From assembly GCF_006345805.1 (NCBI RefSeq), contig NC_042997.1, positions 44,392,001 through 44,456,000 on the forward strand: a stretch of DNA of 64,000 bases. The letters run 5' to 3'. Numbering within the stretch: position 1 is the stretch's first letter; the number at the start of each line of letters is the position of its first letter. Origin of the DNA: Octopus sinensis (taxonomy: Eukaryota). Made by a program: the position numbers and the translations under genes. A model generated the notes under the pieces. That model saw only the letters and a list, made by a program, of their open reading frames with translations. It was not told the origin of the DNA and did not search any database. Positions 35,798 to 50,339 of this stretch are shown here, one piece after another.

Positions 35798-37135
35798 TGC
35801 AGAGATGCTTAAAATATCTGGCAGTGTCGGCTATAGCCTAGTCACCTGTATAGTTAACCAGGTGATACATGAAGGAGTCATACCCAATGACTGGTGTAGC
35901 AGCAAAATAGTCAACTGCTACAAAGGTAAAGGTGTCGCTTTAGATACATATAATTACAGAGGTATCAAACTGTTGGATCAGGTAATGAAGGTTATGGAGA
36001 GGGTCATAGTCCAACTGATTAGGGAGATAGTCAGCTTGGATGAGATGCTGTTTGGTTTCATGCCAGGGAAAAGCACCACTGATGCCATATTTCTGGTGAG
36101 ACAGCTGCAGGAGAAATACCTAGCCAAAGATAAGCCCCTGTACCTGGCTTTCGTTGACATGAAGAAAGCCTTTGACAGGGTCCCCCGATCCCTTATGTGG
36201 TGGTCAATGAGGAAACTAGGGATAGATGAATGGTTAGTGAGAGCTGTGCAAGCCATGTACAGAGACGCTGTAAGTAAGGTGAGGGTTGGCAACGAATACA
36301 CTAAAGAATTCAGGGTAGAGGTAGGGGTCCACCAAGGTTCAGTCCTCAGCCCCCTCCTATTTATCATAGTCCTCCAGGCAATAACGGAGGAATTCAAGAC
36401 AGGATGCCCCTGGGAGCTCCTATATGCTGATGACCTTGCTCTAATTGCTGAGTCACTATCAGAACAAGAGGCAAAGTTTCAAGTGTGGAGACAAGGATTA
36501 GAATCGAAGGGCCTTAAAATCAACCTAGCTAAAACCAAAGTCCTAATATGTAGGAAGGCAGGCAAATCACAAATGCCTTCAGGTAGATGGCCCTGCTCGA
36601 TCTGTAACCTGTGGCCTCTACCTGGGACGTAGCCAGCCCACTTATGCATACCTTTCCTTCTTGTGACACAAACCCTACGTGTGAAGACCTGTTGAGGCGA
36701 GTGAAAATCAAAATCAAAATCGATCAACATCAATGGAAATTGTAGCTGTGATACCAGTTCCGGTGGCACATAAGAGAACCATCGGAACGTGGCTGTTGCC
36801 AGTGCCGCCTCGACTGGCCTCTGTGCCAGTGGCATGTAAAAAGCACCATCCGATAGTGGCTGTTTCTCAGCCTCGTCTGGCCCCCGTGCCGGTGGCATGT
36901 AAAAAGCACCATCCGATCGTGGCTGTTTGCCAGCCTCGTCTGGCACCTGTGCCGGTGGCACGTAAAAAGCACCCACTACACTCACGGAGTGGTTGGCGTT
37001 AGGAAGGGCTTCCAGCTGTAGAAACACTGCCAGATCAGACTGGGCCTGGCGCAGTCTAGTGTCTTCCCAGACCCCAGTTGAACCGTCCAACTCATGCTAG
37101 CATGGAAAGCGGACGTTAAATGATGATGATGATGA
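35797..37135 (+). mobile_element. RTE-clade LINE, 5'-truncated and internally deleted; open RT frame 35805-36632
   Basis: NYRGIKLL, FGFMPGKSTTDAIF, AFVDMKKAFDRVP, GVHQGSVLSPLLF, YADD. Jumps from WPCSIC directly into the 3' UTR, then (GAT)n tail. Confidence 0.95.
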
Positions 37136-38229
37136 TATATATAGCTACATCTGCAGATGTGGCTGTGAAGTAAGAAGTTTGCTTCCCAGCTTCATGGTTC
37201 TGGGTTCTCACTGCATGGCACCTTGGGTGTCTTTTGCTATAGCCTTGGGCCGACCAAAGCCTTGTGAGTGGATTTTGTAGATGGAAACCGAAGGAAGTTG
37301 TCTTATATACATGTGTGTGTATGATTTCGTGCCTGTTTGTCCCCAACACCACTTGACAACCGGTGTTAGTGTGTTTACGTCTCTGTAACTTAGCGGTTTG
37401 GTAAAAGGTAACCGATAGAATAAGTACCAGGCTTAAAAAAAATACTGGGGTCGATTCGCTCGACTAAATTGCTTCAAGGTGTTGCCCCAGCATGATCGCA
37501 GTTCAATGACCGGAACAAGTAAAACAAAAAAAAAAAAAAGATATACTGTTCATGAATGTCAACAATCGGCTGAGAAAAAAATGTCTGGCAGAGTTCTGCA
37601 GAATAAGTTGAAATAGCTGACAAATTCTTTCTAGGGCCGTATAAATGTAAAAACAGAACATGAGAGATAACTGGCGTAAGATCAATCAATTGAAATTATA
37701 AAGAAAACATGAACTATGGCATGGAAGGAGTGGATCTTGTTTTTAAAAATCATCTTCATGGACATGATATAACGGCGAATGCATACAGAGTTATATTAAG
37801 GTGGTGGGGGACCAACAGACTCATCTGAGGGTCAGACGAAATGCCTGTCAGCAATTGTTAATTACGGTCCCTTTATGCACTAAGTTCAAATCACGCCGAG
37901 GTCAACTTTGTTTTATATCTTTTCTCGGTGTCATTAAAAATTAAGTAACCCACACCAATTGTGGTGTGGATTTCATGTTTCTCTCTTGTTTTCTGAGATG
38001 TGAATGGATTAAATAAATGATAGAAAGACACTGATTAGACGCGAGTCACACAAAAAAAATGAGTGCTTGCTTTATTTAATATTGATAAAATAAACACATC
38101 AAGGAAGAACCTTAATGCATATCGATGATATGTGTGTGACAATGTCCGCGTTCTCCCCCACGCATTCTCATATATACATACATACATACATACATACGTA
38201 TATACTTTTACATGAATGTATGTATAACG

Positions 38230-38280
38230 AGCGCGCGTGTATATAAGCAGGCGCGTACGCGACTCGACTCCTCACTCCGT
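38230..38280 (+). promoter_or_regulatory. Candidate RNA pol II core promoter (BRE-like, TATA, Inr)
   Basis: GCGCGCGTG TATATAAG (38240-47) in a CpG-rich patch; Inr-like TCACTC at 38272-77, ~32 nt downstream; pyrimidine-rich leader follows. Confidence 0.5.
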
Positions 38281-38600
38281 CCCTTTCCCCCCTCCCTCCT
38301 CTCGCTCGCGCCTCATCCTACTTCTCTTTACTTCTTTCTCTCCTCCTTTACCTCATTCCTTCCTTCTTTCTTTCCTTCAATTTATCAATTCCTGGATTTA
38401 ATGTTGCCCGATCTCTTCGACTCTCAACACTTTTCTCCCCTTGAATCGACCACGACCACGACTTTATTACACACACACACACCACGCTCACATATAATTA
38501 GATATATATATTATATATATATATTATATATATATCAAACTTAAAACTTTTCTTCCTTCTTACTATACGTGGTTTTATACATACATACATACATACATAC

Positions 38601-38664
<64 letters not shown>

Positions 38665-38717
38665 GCTGGCGATCGCTTCTAGTAAGAAAAGCAAAAGTAA
38701 GAATTTAAGAAGACACT

Positions 38718-38752
<35 letters not shown>

Positions 38753-39346
38753 TATATTAAATTAGAGATAAAACCACTATTAGGCAAATCATACAATGAA
38801 AAACTTAAGCCAATACATAAGATTAATTAATTTATATTTTGGATTTATTCCCTAATATTTTATTATATATATATATATGTGTGTGTGTCTATTGCTGGCG
38901 ATCGCTTCTAGTAAGAAAAGCAAAAGTAAGGATTTAAGAAGACACTTAGTGACATAGCCTGAACAAAAATATTCCCCCTTTCCCAAAACAGGGGGGAGAA
39001 AAAAAACCCCCCAGAAAAGAAAAGAAAAAAAAAGTCGTAAATATTGATTATAAATCAATTATAACTCAATTATAAATCATATAATATATATATATATATG
39101 TGAAGATAATTTTTTAAAAAAACCCAAAAAGGAATGAAAGAAGATAGGAGAAGGATAATGGACAAGTAATAAGCAAAGCTAATAAGAGCGTCGATGATGA
39201 CGACGACGACGACAACAAGAACAACAACAATCATCATAAAAAAGAGAGCAAGAAGAGAAAGATTGGGGAAAGCTTAAGTTGGTCTTTCTTTTTTTTTCTA
39301 TCGCGATACTTCCTCCTGTCTCTTGTTATGGTGTATTTTATAGGCT

Positions 39347-39370
39347 ATGGCGGCAAGCTGTATCTATGAG
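39347..39370 (+). CDS. Candidate first coding micro-exon (MAASCIYE) of an unidentified host gene
   Basis: TTTTATAG|GCT ATGGCGGCA...GAG|GTAAGA: acceptor, good Kozak context (G-3, G+4), strong phase-0 donor. No downstream exon identified. Confidence 0.35.
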
Positions 39371-39564
39371 GTAAGAAGGACATGCTTTTTCTTTTTTTTA
39401 TCTCTCATTCTCTCTCTCTCTCTAAATATATATATATATATATATCTTTTCTTCTTCTTCTTCTTCTTCTCCCGCTTTCGCACGTTTCTCTCTCTCTTGT
39501 CTTCTCTTTCCTTCTCTCTCTCCTTCACTTCTTCACACACTGCTTCTTACTCTTTCCCTCTGCG

Positions 39565-39664
39565 TGCATATGTATGTATATATATATATATATATATATC
39601 TATATATATCTATCTATCTATCTATCTATATATATATATATAGATACATATATATGTATGTATC

Positions 39665-39698
<34 letters not shown>

Positions 39699-39730
39699 CA
39701 TATATATGTATGTATATATATGTATGTATG

Positions 39731-39761
<31 letters not shown>

Positions 39762-39818
39762 ATATATATATATATATATATATATAGATACATATATATA
39801 TATGTATGTATGTATGTA

Positions 39819-39850
<32 letters not shown>

Positions 39851-39896
39851 GATAGAGAGAGAGAGAGATAGATAGATAGTTACATATATATATATA

Positions 39897-39939
<43 letters not shown>

Positions 39940-40600
39940 GTGTATGTATGTATATATATATATATGTGTGTGTGTGTGCATATACGTGTACATATGTATG
40001 CACACACATGCTTACTTTTTGCTCTTCTTTCCTTCTCTCACTTAAATTCTTTCATTCTTTGTATCCATGTATGTACCTGTCTTTCTTGCTCCGACACACG
40101 TTTATATCTTAACTATTACTTTCATAAAAAGAATATGCATTATCCTTTATCTGTCTACCTATACACACATACATGTATAGGTGTTTATGCAATATATGTC
40201 TGTATATATTCGTGTATGTGCATGTATGTATATACGTGTGTATATATGCGTGTCTATCTATCTCAATCTATCTATCTATCTGTCTATCTATCATCTATCT
40301 GTCCATCTATCTATCTATCTATCTATCTCAATCTATCTATCTATCTATCTATCATCTATCTATCTATCTATCTATATGTCTATCTATCTATCCATCCATC
40401 TATCTGTCTCTCTCTCTCTCTGTGTCTATCTATCTATCTATATCTGTCTGTCTCTATCTATCTATCTATCCATCCATCTATCTATCTGTCTGTCTCTCTC
40501 TCTCTATCTATCTATCTATATCTGTCTCTCTATCTATCTATCTATCTATCTCTCTCTCTCTCTCTCTATCTGTGTCTGTCTGTCTCTCTCTATCTATCTA
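39565..40600. repeat. (TA)n/(TATC)n/(TC)n microsatellite field
   Basis: Direct reading. Confidence 0.95.
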
Positions 40601-42697
40601 CCTTAACGACACGCACTCTGAATCTTAATTGATATATCCCTGTTTAATCGATTTCACCCTTTCGCTTCTTAACCCGATGTGTTTATCTGATTGTTGATGT
40701 TTGTTTCTTCGTAACTAGCTATCCCGACTCTCCCTCCATGGCTCTTCATTTCTACAAATATATATATATATGTCTGTCTGTGTTTTGGTCAACTTGATGA
40801 CATTTTCCAAGCACTGAAAACACTTTATATAGTTCCATGCGTACAACAAGCGTATTTGTACAAATACACCCCATCACGTTTATATAATAAACATATTTAT
40901 GGATGTATGAACTCAACATACATACATATATATATATATCCGCGCACACAATTTACTCGTGTGTGTATATAGCATTATTTATCTATTTATTTATTCAGCA
41001 TGCATATATATAAGGTAGAGACATGTGTGAAGATGGGAGACGAGGCGGGTTTTAACCATTATGGCCATCACGACCCTGAAACTTAAGGCAAAAAACTCAC
41101 AACAGCCAAATAACAACGATCAGAGGAAATATTTTAACCACCAACACACACACCTACACAATGCTTCCACGCACACAAGCCATGAGATTGCTGTTGTGAA
41201 GAAATAATCACGGTTTCGATTTTAGTGTTTTGATGGGTTTTGTTTGGTGGCGGCCAAACAGCACAAAGCAAAACATAAAAGCAGTTTTGATTTGTATCTG
41301 TTTTACCTTGGTCCTCGTCTTAGTTCCAAGTTCCATTGTCATCGTCATTATTATAATTGTAATAATAATAATAACTATTATTTCTTTAGGCTCATCGTTA
41401 TAACGATAATAACGACGATGATAGTAATTATCATCATCATCATCATGGTCATTCACTGTCTTCTTCTCGTGTGTGATGGAGTTTGGTTCTTCTCTGAGAT
41501 CACATCAGCTAAAATAAACTAAATGAAATGGTGACGAAGCGAGAGTGCACGAAAAATAAGGTTGCGGGGCAATAAAGAAAAATTGCAACATACATGCAAT
41601 GTACACGAATGTTCAATGGGATCTTCGGTACCGATACATAATATACCCCCCATCTCTCTCTCTCTATGTATATATATTTTTATATTGTATAGAGGGCATT
41701 ATTACACATGAATGCCACACGCTAGGAGGGACTCTTAATTATATATATATATGTATATATACAGAGAGAGAGAGAGGTGTATTGGCATAAGTTCTTACTA
41801 CATATTGATTTGGCGATTTGTCTGGCCAGTTTCTGCTATAGTAAAACAGTAAACAGATTTTAGGGTATGGAACAGTTTTTGTCATGCCCCTCGATCAGTG
41901 AGGTTTATTTTGTAGTATAATGTTTGTGTGTATGTGTGCGTGTCTATCTATATGCATGTGTGTATATATATATGTATGTATATATATATATATATACATA
42001 CAGATAGATATACAAACACAAGGTTTAGAAAGACATACATGTAGGTAGATAGACGACTGGGTAAATAATTGTTTTCGAAGCACGGTCAGCTCTAAAATGA
42101 TTTCTCGTATCTCTTCTTTGCTTTTTATTTTTCAAAGTTGCTGGTTGAGTGCAGCATTTTATATCCGATGTAAATCGACTTATCTCTTCTTGCCTTCAGA
42201 TATTGATCACGTTAAATTTAACAAGTATAAATATTCACTTTGTCCGTTACCATTTCATCATTGTTCTTGCTCTTTCCCCCCCTTATAATACACACTGCAT
42301 GGTGGTGACTAAGTACCTCTAGGCCACATTTTTTTTCAGGGGGCATTTTCTTTTTTATGTAAGAATGCCCTCCCCCCACCAACGTCTCATGGTGCCCCCT
42401 GACTTCGTAATCATGCCGCTTATTACCAACTTACTTACTTGTGTAGGTGTTAGCAGGATGGGAAAGTAAAGACCAGTCATGTTTGTTTTATTAAATATCA
42501 TTACTATTCTTATTCACGTATGTTAATGAACTCCACTGGACTTACATTATTTCTACTACCATTTTCTTTAACATGTGCAAAAACTATCTGTGATTTAAAT
42601 AACTGTAATAAGTGGACACGGCATTACAACGGATTCAACAGTATGACTTGCTCGGCTATACAAAAATATTGTGTGTATATGTATGTATGTGTATATG

Positions 42698-42752
<55 letters not shown>

Positions 42753-45307
42753 ACCAACGGTATTGTGACGCTTAGCGATAGACAGATGGGGTTGACGGCA
42801 TGCATGGCGTTAAAATAAAACTTGAGTCTCTTTCACACTGCAAAAAGTTAGCAGGAACACTTGCAACAATGGCTAGGATTGATGTCACTTGGATTTTTAT
42901 ATTCCATTATATCTTCTTTCACTTCATTATACCCATCGCACACGCATAATACACATGTGTGTGTATAGTTGTATATTATACGATTAAATATATTTATATA
43001 TAATAGTATATATTTTGTACCTGTATATAACATTGATTCTATATCCCATAATTTATGTATTCCCCCATTCAGTATATGCTTTAATTGGTAATTAGCGAAT
43101 GAGGGACATTATCAATATAACTTTTTTTTTTTTTTTAATTACTTGTTTGAACTTCCATTTCGATTTTAGTCGTAACTTTTCTTGTTTCAGTCAGGATAAT
43201 TTATTAACGGGTGGGGGAAAAAATAGAAGAGAATATTCAATATAAATCTAATTTCATCATAGGAATGGAATGTGAGTTTGCGAATGATTGAGTGTTTATA
43301 CACAGAAATCCTTGTCTGAGAGTGGAGCACGTGGGTTATTTTGGCCCCCTTCGCTGGCTGAATGTATCGATTCCTTTTTGGATTCCACAAAGGAAATAGT
43401 TACAGCATTCGCTAGTCTGTCAGCATTCTTTGTGACAAGAACCAGCTTAATAATGGCATTGCTCTCTGCTGCCTTATTTACATAAACTTATTGGCCCCTT
43501 ATATCTCTCTATTGTCGCCGACTCCTGCACATACAATGTCCCTTTTTTTTTTTTTTTTTTGTAATTCATTTCATCCTAAATCTATAAACTTTGTGTAAAT
43601 GATGTGTGCATGCATTTTAACAGCTATCTCTACATGTGTGTGTGTGTGTACTTCCAAACTGTGTATGTGCAATGTATTCGATGTATGGCCAGGTGTCAGT
43701 TATGTGTGACAATGCTATTGTCAGCTTATTATGTGCCGCCACTCCGCCTACACATTGACAAATGCGCGCACCTTCGACATTTTTTTTTCCTGTCCCCTTT
43801 CCCCATCAACTGAAGTTTTCCACTCCGGACGCATCGACCACATTACTTTACAGCTTTATCATATCAGCTATCTGTTTTGACCACAGCACCTAACAACCAT
43901 TTCCCATCACCTCTGCTATGTACTTAATCATACAAACAACACCTTTCGTTTTTTTTCTTTTTTTTCTCCCCCAAGTAGTGAAACCCATTTTCCGTTTTTT
44001 CCCCCTTTTTTATTGTGTTAGTTGCGCATTAGGCGATTAATTCTCTCTGTTCTATACTGACTGGATTATGAGATAAATAAAGTAAGATCTATCGTTTAAT
44101 AACGTTTAGGGGGATAAACTAGTCAATACTGTTATGTCCACAGATGCGAGACCAAACTAATTTCTTTGTTAGGATGTGTAGTAGTTCCTCTTTTTCACAT
44201 TCCACGAAAATTGGGTCTTATTAGAAGTTATGTTTGGTAATTGTCTTGATTTTCCTACAAAGCGATAATTCATCTTTTAGTCTGTATCCTTTAAAGAAAA
44301 CCACTATTTATTATCAATACCTTACTAAAGTAATGTAATGCTTGCAGTCTTTGGCAGATCTCTGTCTTAGATCGCTGGACTAGGTGCTTTTTAAGTTATC
44401 TGCTTCGTGGATTTCTGTCGGAATTAACTTTAATTTTTGTTACTATTAAAAATATTTACCAGAAATAGAATACTGAAATGCGTCAACTTTATCCTTTCCA
44501 GAAAAGTTAGTTGCCTAAATTATATATTTTTGTTTTGTTTTTGCTAATCAATAAATGGACTTTGAGTTTTTATTAGTTTAAAAGTGAAACAATTGAAATC
44601 AGAAGAACTAGTGTTGGTCTGTGTCGGAAAATTGTAAGTATAAAAGTTTGCCAAGTGGAATAAATTCATAGCTAGTAGCACACAGAAATTGACAGAAAAC
44701 GTTAATATTTTATCAATAAGATTTACTTTTTTTCTCTTAAGTTTCTGATATATTTTCTACAAGTTGTTCATTCCTTTCAAATTGCTACTAATGATAGTAA
44801 TTTGACAAGGTTTTGCAAAGAAGGAGAATGTTCATATTTATCACAGTCTGAAGAAGTGAAAAAGAAATCTGTCCGTTGATCCACCTTACTTATAGTTGAT
44901 GGATGATATATACAAAAAAATGCATAGTTTATATGATATTGGTTGTATGGGAGTCAAGTTGTTGGAGTGACATTGCAAGAATTCCAAGTTTTTGTGTTCT
45001 TGTTGTTTTGGGGGTATTCAGGATTTGTTGGAGTAAAGTCTGTGATTTGATTTCTTTTTAAATGTATTTTCTCTTTCAAAATTTAACCAAATGGTTGGTG
45101 GTTTACTTCAATAAATTTAAGTTTCCCAAAACTTTGAGAGTCCTGAAAATTTCGTTTTTAAGATTTCTAAAAATCTTATTATTTTTGAAAATTGCATTTG
45201 AGAAAAGAATCTGAAGTTGCATGTTATTATGTTTCTTCTTCTTGTATTTATTGTTCAGCATCCCAATATTATAGAAGTAACTGATCAGAGAATAACTCTA
45301 TGAAGAC

Positions 45308-45553
45308 TGGGGGTAAAGACCCCCTTCGGTCATGAATGACCATGGGATTGCACCTAGAAAGTTACCCTCCTAGACACAAGTCCGGGCAAGGTTGTTTATG
45401 GAAGACCAGCAGTCGCCCATGCATACCAGCCTCCCCCTCTCCACGCCACCAGTGTTATCCATGGGAAAGACAAAGGGGCCGATACAGCTTGGCACCAGTG
45501 ACGTCGCAACTCATTTCTACAGCTGAGTGAACTGGAGCAACATGAAATAAAGT
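45308..45553 (-). mobile_element. SINE fragment (family C)
   Basis: GCTCCAGTTCACTCAGCTGTAGAAATGAGT core, related to the fragment at 650-683; GC-rich body ends CTTTACCCC. Confidence 0.6.
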
Positions 45554-45819
45554 GGTCGCCATATTTATCATTCCGCATGGTTTTTTAGATTTGGAAATTA
45601 GAGTATGTCCCTTGGAGTAAGATGAGTTTGAAGTCTAAAAACTAGTTGGATAACTTCAAATAGTTGATTGAAATTTTCAGATAATATCAACAATGCAGAT
45701 TAAAATAGTCTTTGAATGTAGTATTTTTCCTCCCCATATTGTTCATATCCACAATCACCCTCACTACATTCCTTCTCTGGTTGTGTGTGTAGACACACAG
45801 ACACATGTACATATGCACC

Positions 45820-46400
45820 TGAGGCTTGTATTGAAAGTAATGTCAAAATGGGCATTACTTTTTATTAATTGACAGAGATTGTTCAAATTGCGCATGTTGG
45901 TAGAGAAATTCTCATATTTACAGGTACTACAACATAGTCACCATCACAATTGATGCCCTTTCGCCAGTGTTTAACTCAACTCACAAACCCTCTTTGAAAA
46001 TATTCAGTTATAAACGGGTGTACCTACTTCTTGATCACTTTCACCTTGTCTGTTAGTAAATCATTGTCCTGAAAGTTTGTCCTTCATCATTGTACCCAAC
46101 AGGTGGAAGTTGGAGAGCACCACATCCATGGTGGATGGTGAACCACTGACCAGCCCAATTTGATTTGCTGCCAAACATGTGTATGGTTGTGCATTGTCAT
46201 AGTGAATGCAGATTATTTTCAAACCCTTGTTGAATCTTTTCCCCCTAATGGTCTCTCGAAGCTTTTTGAGTGTCTCTGTGTGCTGCTTGTTGTTCATGAT
46301 AAGCTGCCATGTTCCAGAAAATCAAGGAGAATGACACCCTTGCCATCTTAAGATACTTGCCATGGCTTCCTGTGCCATTTGCTGGCTCTTGAATCTGAAC
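45820..46400 (-). mobile_element. Decayed mariner transposase fragment
   Basis: ETLKKLRETIRGKR..IHYDNAQPYT..LSNFHLLG..MKDKLSG. Confidence 0.7.
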
Positions 46401-46504
46401 CGAATCTTTGCTTCTGAGTCACCCATTATAATAAAGCCACCTTTGACTCAGACCCATCCCAAAGTGCCTGTGAATCATTGTTGTTGTTTGGTGTTAGCAA
46501 GCAA

Positions 46505-47297
46505 ACAATATTGACTCATCTTGTTCAAATCGGTAAAGTGAAAAAATTGGATGAACTAAATGAGAATCAGAAACAGCAACATTTGGAAGCCTGCATTATG
46601 CTACTTTCTCATCACAAAAATTAATCATTTGTGAATCAAATTGTAACATGATGAGAACTGGATCCAGTACAACAACCGTAAACGTTCAGCACAATGGTTG
46701 GGACAAAGACGAGCCACCAAAACACAGTCCAAAAAGAGAAATCCATCAAAAGAAGCTGATGGTGTGTATTTGGTGGTCTGGCGCAGGTATGATCCATTGT
46801 TATTTCATTAAACCTGGCTCATCATTCACGGCTCAAGTATACTGCAGCCAACTGGACCAAATGATGCAGAAACTTACAGAAAAACAGCCTAGATTAGTCA
46901 ACAGAACCATGCCTATTTTAGTGCAAGACAATGCCAAACCACACATCACAAAAAGACACTGGCGAAACTACAGGAGTTGGAGTTGGAAGTTCTCCATCAT
47001 CCACCATACTCACCTGATCTTGCCCCCACTGACTACCACCTCTTCTAGAATTTGGATAACTTTTTGATAGGAAAAAAAATTTATTCTGACGATGCTGTAG
47101 AACAGGCCTTCCAAGATTTTATTGACTCTAGATTGCCAGGCTTTTACGGTTCCGGGCTGGACAAGCTACCACTGAAGTGGCAAAAGTGTATTGACAATAT
47201 GGGTGCATACTTAGATGAATTAAACTGTTCCTTATATTCATAAAACGTTAGTAAACTGTTTTTTCTTTTCTACAAATTTCATACTTGATGGCCTAAT
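46505..47297 (+). mobile_element. Mariner (DD34D) transposase C-terminal fragment
   Basis: DENWIQYNN, KLMVCIWWS, LVQDNAKPH, HPPYSPDLAPTDYHLF*NLDNFL, KLPLKWQKCI. Confidence 0.9.
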
Positions 47298-47764
47298 ATA
47301 TACATCTAAACACACCCAAACACTCAACCCATACTGGCAGCCTAACCCATCTAAGCTTGTAAATATGGATGTGAAACAAACAAGCAAATTAGTCTTGCCA
47401 AATGAGTTGGCTATGCTTTGCTGAGGATGTTTGAGGCAGAAACACGTCCACTGCTGTCACCAGTTAGCTTTAATAATTGGACTTCACTCCAATCTGTGTT
47501 GTTTGTATTTCCAAAAATTTTAATCAACTTTTCTTTGATTTTTTTTTTTGATTTTAAACACTCTTGGAAAGTGTTTTTGTTTACTAATTCCTTGAACAAT
47601 CTCAGTTTCTAATTTTTAAAAAATTCATTGTGTTACATGTATGAGAAGCTCCATAACAGTCTTTATGTTTGCTTGCTGTTGAGAAAGATTTTGTTGCTAG
47701 TAACAACATACAAACCTTCATCATTGAGAAGCATTTTAAAAAACTAAAATACACCTCCCACTCC

Positions 47765-47815
<51 letters not shown>

Positions 47816-48110
47816 CCAGCCTGGCTGGATTCTCAAGTATGACTAACTGAGATTATGTATAGATACAAAAGAAATTAAAATTACAAAGGAATAAGAAATT
47901 ATGTCGTGAACTTCAAAACACACACACACACACACACACCTTTGCAATTAATAATACATCTATACAGGTATGCAAATATACACATGCATGCATTTATAAA
48001 TACTTGTATGTATATGAATATATATTATCATTTGCTTAATCAGTGACTTGGTTACAAATTCACTTGTGTAAGTCTCTTTATTTTCCCGTGTAAAATGCCA
48101 TGCCAGTCTA

Positions 48111-49377
48111 CGGCATGGTATCAAAATGTTCCCAGACTAGTTCTGTAGCATACCAACAGATGGCAGCACACAACTGCATGCGCAGTGAAAGCTAGCAGTG
48201 ACATCTATGGGGCATTGTGCCGAGCGACATCATTGTGTTTACTTTGCAAGTTGTGGAATTTGTGTTTTTGTTATCCTGTGTGGATGCTGTAGTTTGCAAT
48301 TTTGTCACAGACAGGAAGTTGGAACGAAAAGTCAATGTGAAATTTTGTGTTAAACTTGGGAAGTCTGCTACAGAGACATTGAGCATGTTTTGGCAATGAA
48401 GTAATGGGTTGTTCACAATGTTGCGAGTGGTATGGGCACTTCGAAAGCGGAAAAATATCCCTGGAAGACCTGCCGTGAGCATCACCTTTGGAAATGTGAA
48501 GAAATTCATCAGCTTGTACATGAGGTTTGCTGAAGGACAATCAATGACATTATTGTCATATGGGTCCATGCAGGCAATCCTAACATCGGAATGGAACATG
48601 CGCTGTATCTCTACCAAGTTTGACCCTGCCTGTTGACCATTAAGCAGAAAGAACATCATGTAGAAATCTGTCATGGTCTCTGTTCTGTGTGCTCTTGATG
48701 ACCTGTCCTTCATGTTTAGGATCATTACTGGTGATGAGAGTTGGGTCTATGGATACAACCCTGAGACAAAGCAGCAGCTGTCACAATGGAAGAGCCCTCC
48801 ATCTCCATAATTGAAGAAAGCACGGCAGAGCCGTAGCTCAGTCAAGAACATGCTTGTTGTTTTTTATCGCATCCCCAGTATTGTGCAGTGGGAATTCCTC
48901 CCCCAGGGCCAGACCAGTAATCAAGAGTTCTACTGTGATGTTTTGAAGCATTTGGGGGAGGGCATTCGATGAAAGTTACCAGATCTGTGGATTGTGAAGA
49001 ATTGGATTCTTCACGATGTCACCCTGTCACCGAGCTCTCCTCACTTGTGAATTTCTCGCCAAAAACAACATGGTCTTGCTTCTGCACTTGTCCTATTTGC
49101 TGTATTTAGCACATACAAACTTCCATCTCTTCCCCAAGATGAAAATGCTGCTCAAAGGTTGCCATTTTAATGCTGTTGTCAAGATCCAGAGAGAATTGTG
49201 GTAAGTCTCCTCCACGCTTACAGAAAACAACTTTCAGGTAGGATTCCAAAAGTGGCAGGAATGCTGTGACTGGTGTATTGCTATGCAGGGTGACTGTTTC
49301 AAAGCAGATGATGTTAAAATTTAGGTAAGTTATTTTTTATTAAATATAACTAGTCTGGGAACCTTTTGATACCACCA
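48111..49377 (+). mobile_element. Full-length decayed mariner element (~1.27 kb)
   Basis: TIRs TGGTATCAAAATGTTCCCAGACTAGTT / AACTAGTCTGGGAACCTTTTGATACCA in TA; ERKVNVKFCVKLGKSATET, IITGDESWVYGYNPETKQQ, NFHLFPKMK. Confidence 0.9.
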
Positions 49378-49667
49378 TATTTGAACCAAAGACCATATGT
49401 GCAAGCTATATCTTTTGTGTCCTTGGTAACTAATACTTCAGGTGAATTTTTTACTTGAGATACATTTATTTCAAAGTAGGATTTGACATGTTAGATGTGC
49501 AATGCAGGCATGATTCACAGTTGATCCAGTTCGCTTCACTTACGTATTTATCTTTTATACCCAGAAATTCCAATTGTAATTAATAACCTGGGAAGAAATG
49601 ATCTCTGACAGGTTGAAGAATTGCCCTTGGCTTGCTGGGTAAAAATGAAGTTTTTAGAGGTTACATG

Positions 49668-49723
<56 letters not shown>

Positions 49724-50339
49724 TGGTATGGTGATACAAGCAGGAAAAATAGAACTCAAATGTATAAACCTACGGCTCTTTGATCTGTAACTTGTTTGAT
49801 AAGTGTCAATGCATGAAACTTTCAAACCTTGAGTCCCTCTGTTGCTTTTGCTAAATGTTAGTTTATATATGTGCATATATATATATATATATAATGGTAT
49901 AATTATAAACTGTTTATACAGTCAACAAATGCAGCAGTTACACTATGAAGGAGTCCCTAATTTGCATACCAAAAGTGTTTAACACTCTAATATAATATAT
50001 GTATATATAATAAAAATGCGGTCACGGGAGTGTGACGAAAGAACTCTGGCCAAAGTAAGATTAAGATTAATCATCATCATCATCATCATCGTTTAACGTC
50101 CGTTCTCCATGCTAGCATGGGTTGGACGGTTCGACTGGGGATCTGGGAAGCCAGAAGGCTGCACCTGGCAATGTTTCTACAGCTGGATGCCCTTCCTAAA
50201 GCCAAAAATAAATAACGCTGAAGCAAATTAACACCAAATATATAGTGCGTGTGTTTTTATTGGCTAAACTGGCAAAATTACCATTCATAAATACAACAAT
50301 AATAAAATATGATATAATATATAAATAATTCTTATTTCA

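Noticed and set aside
37820-37855. CTGAGG..GACGAAA hammerhead-like string
   Set aside because: Core incomplete, no stem I, and explained as a decayed Meta-domain SINE head.
39382-40632. Long ORFs (up to 244 aa) rich in IYLS/YI repeats
   Set aside because: Artefacts of (TA)n/(TATC)n microsatellites.
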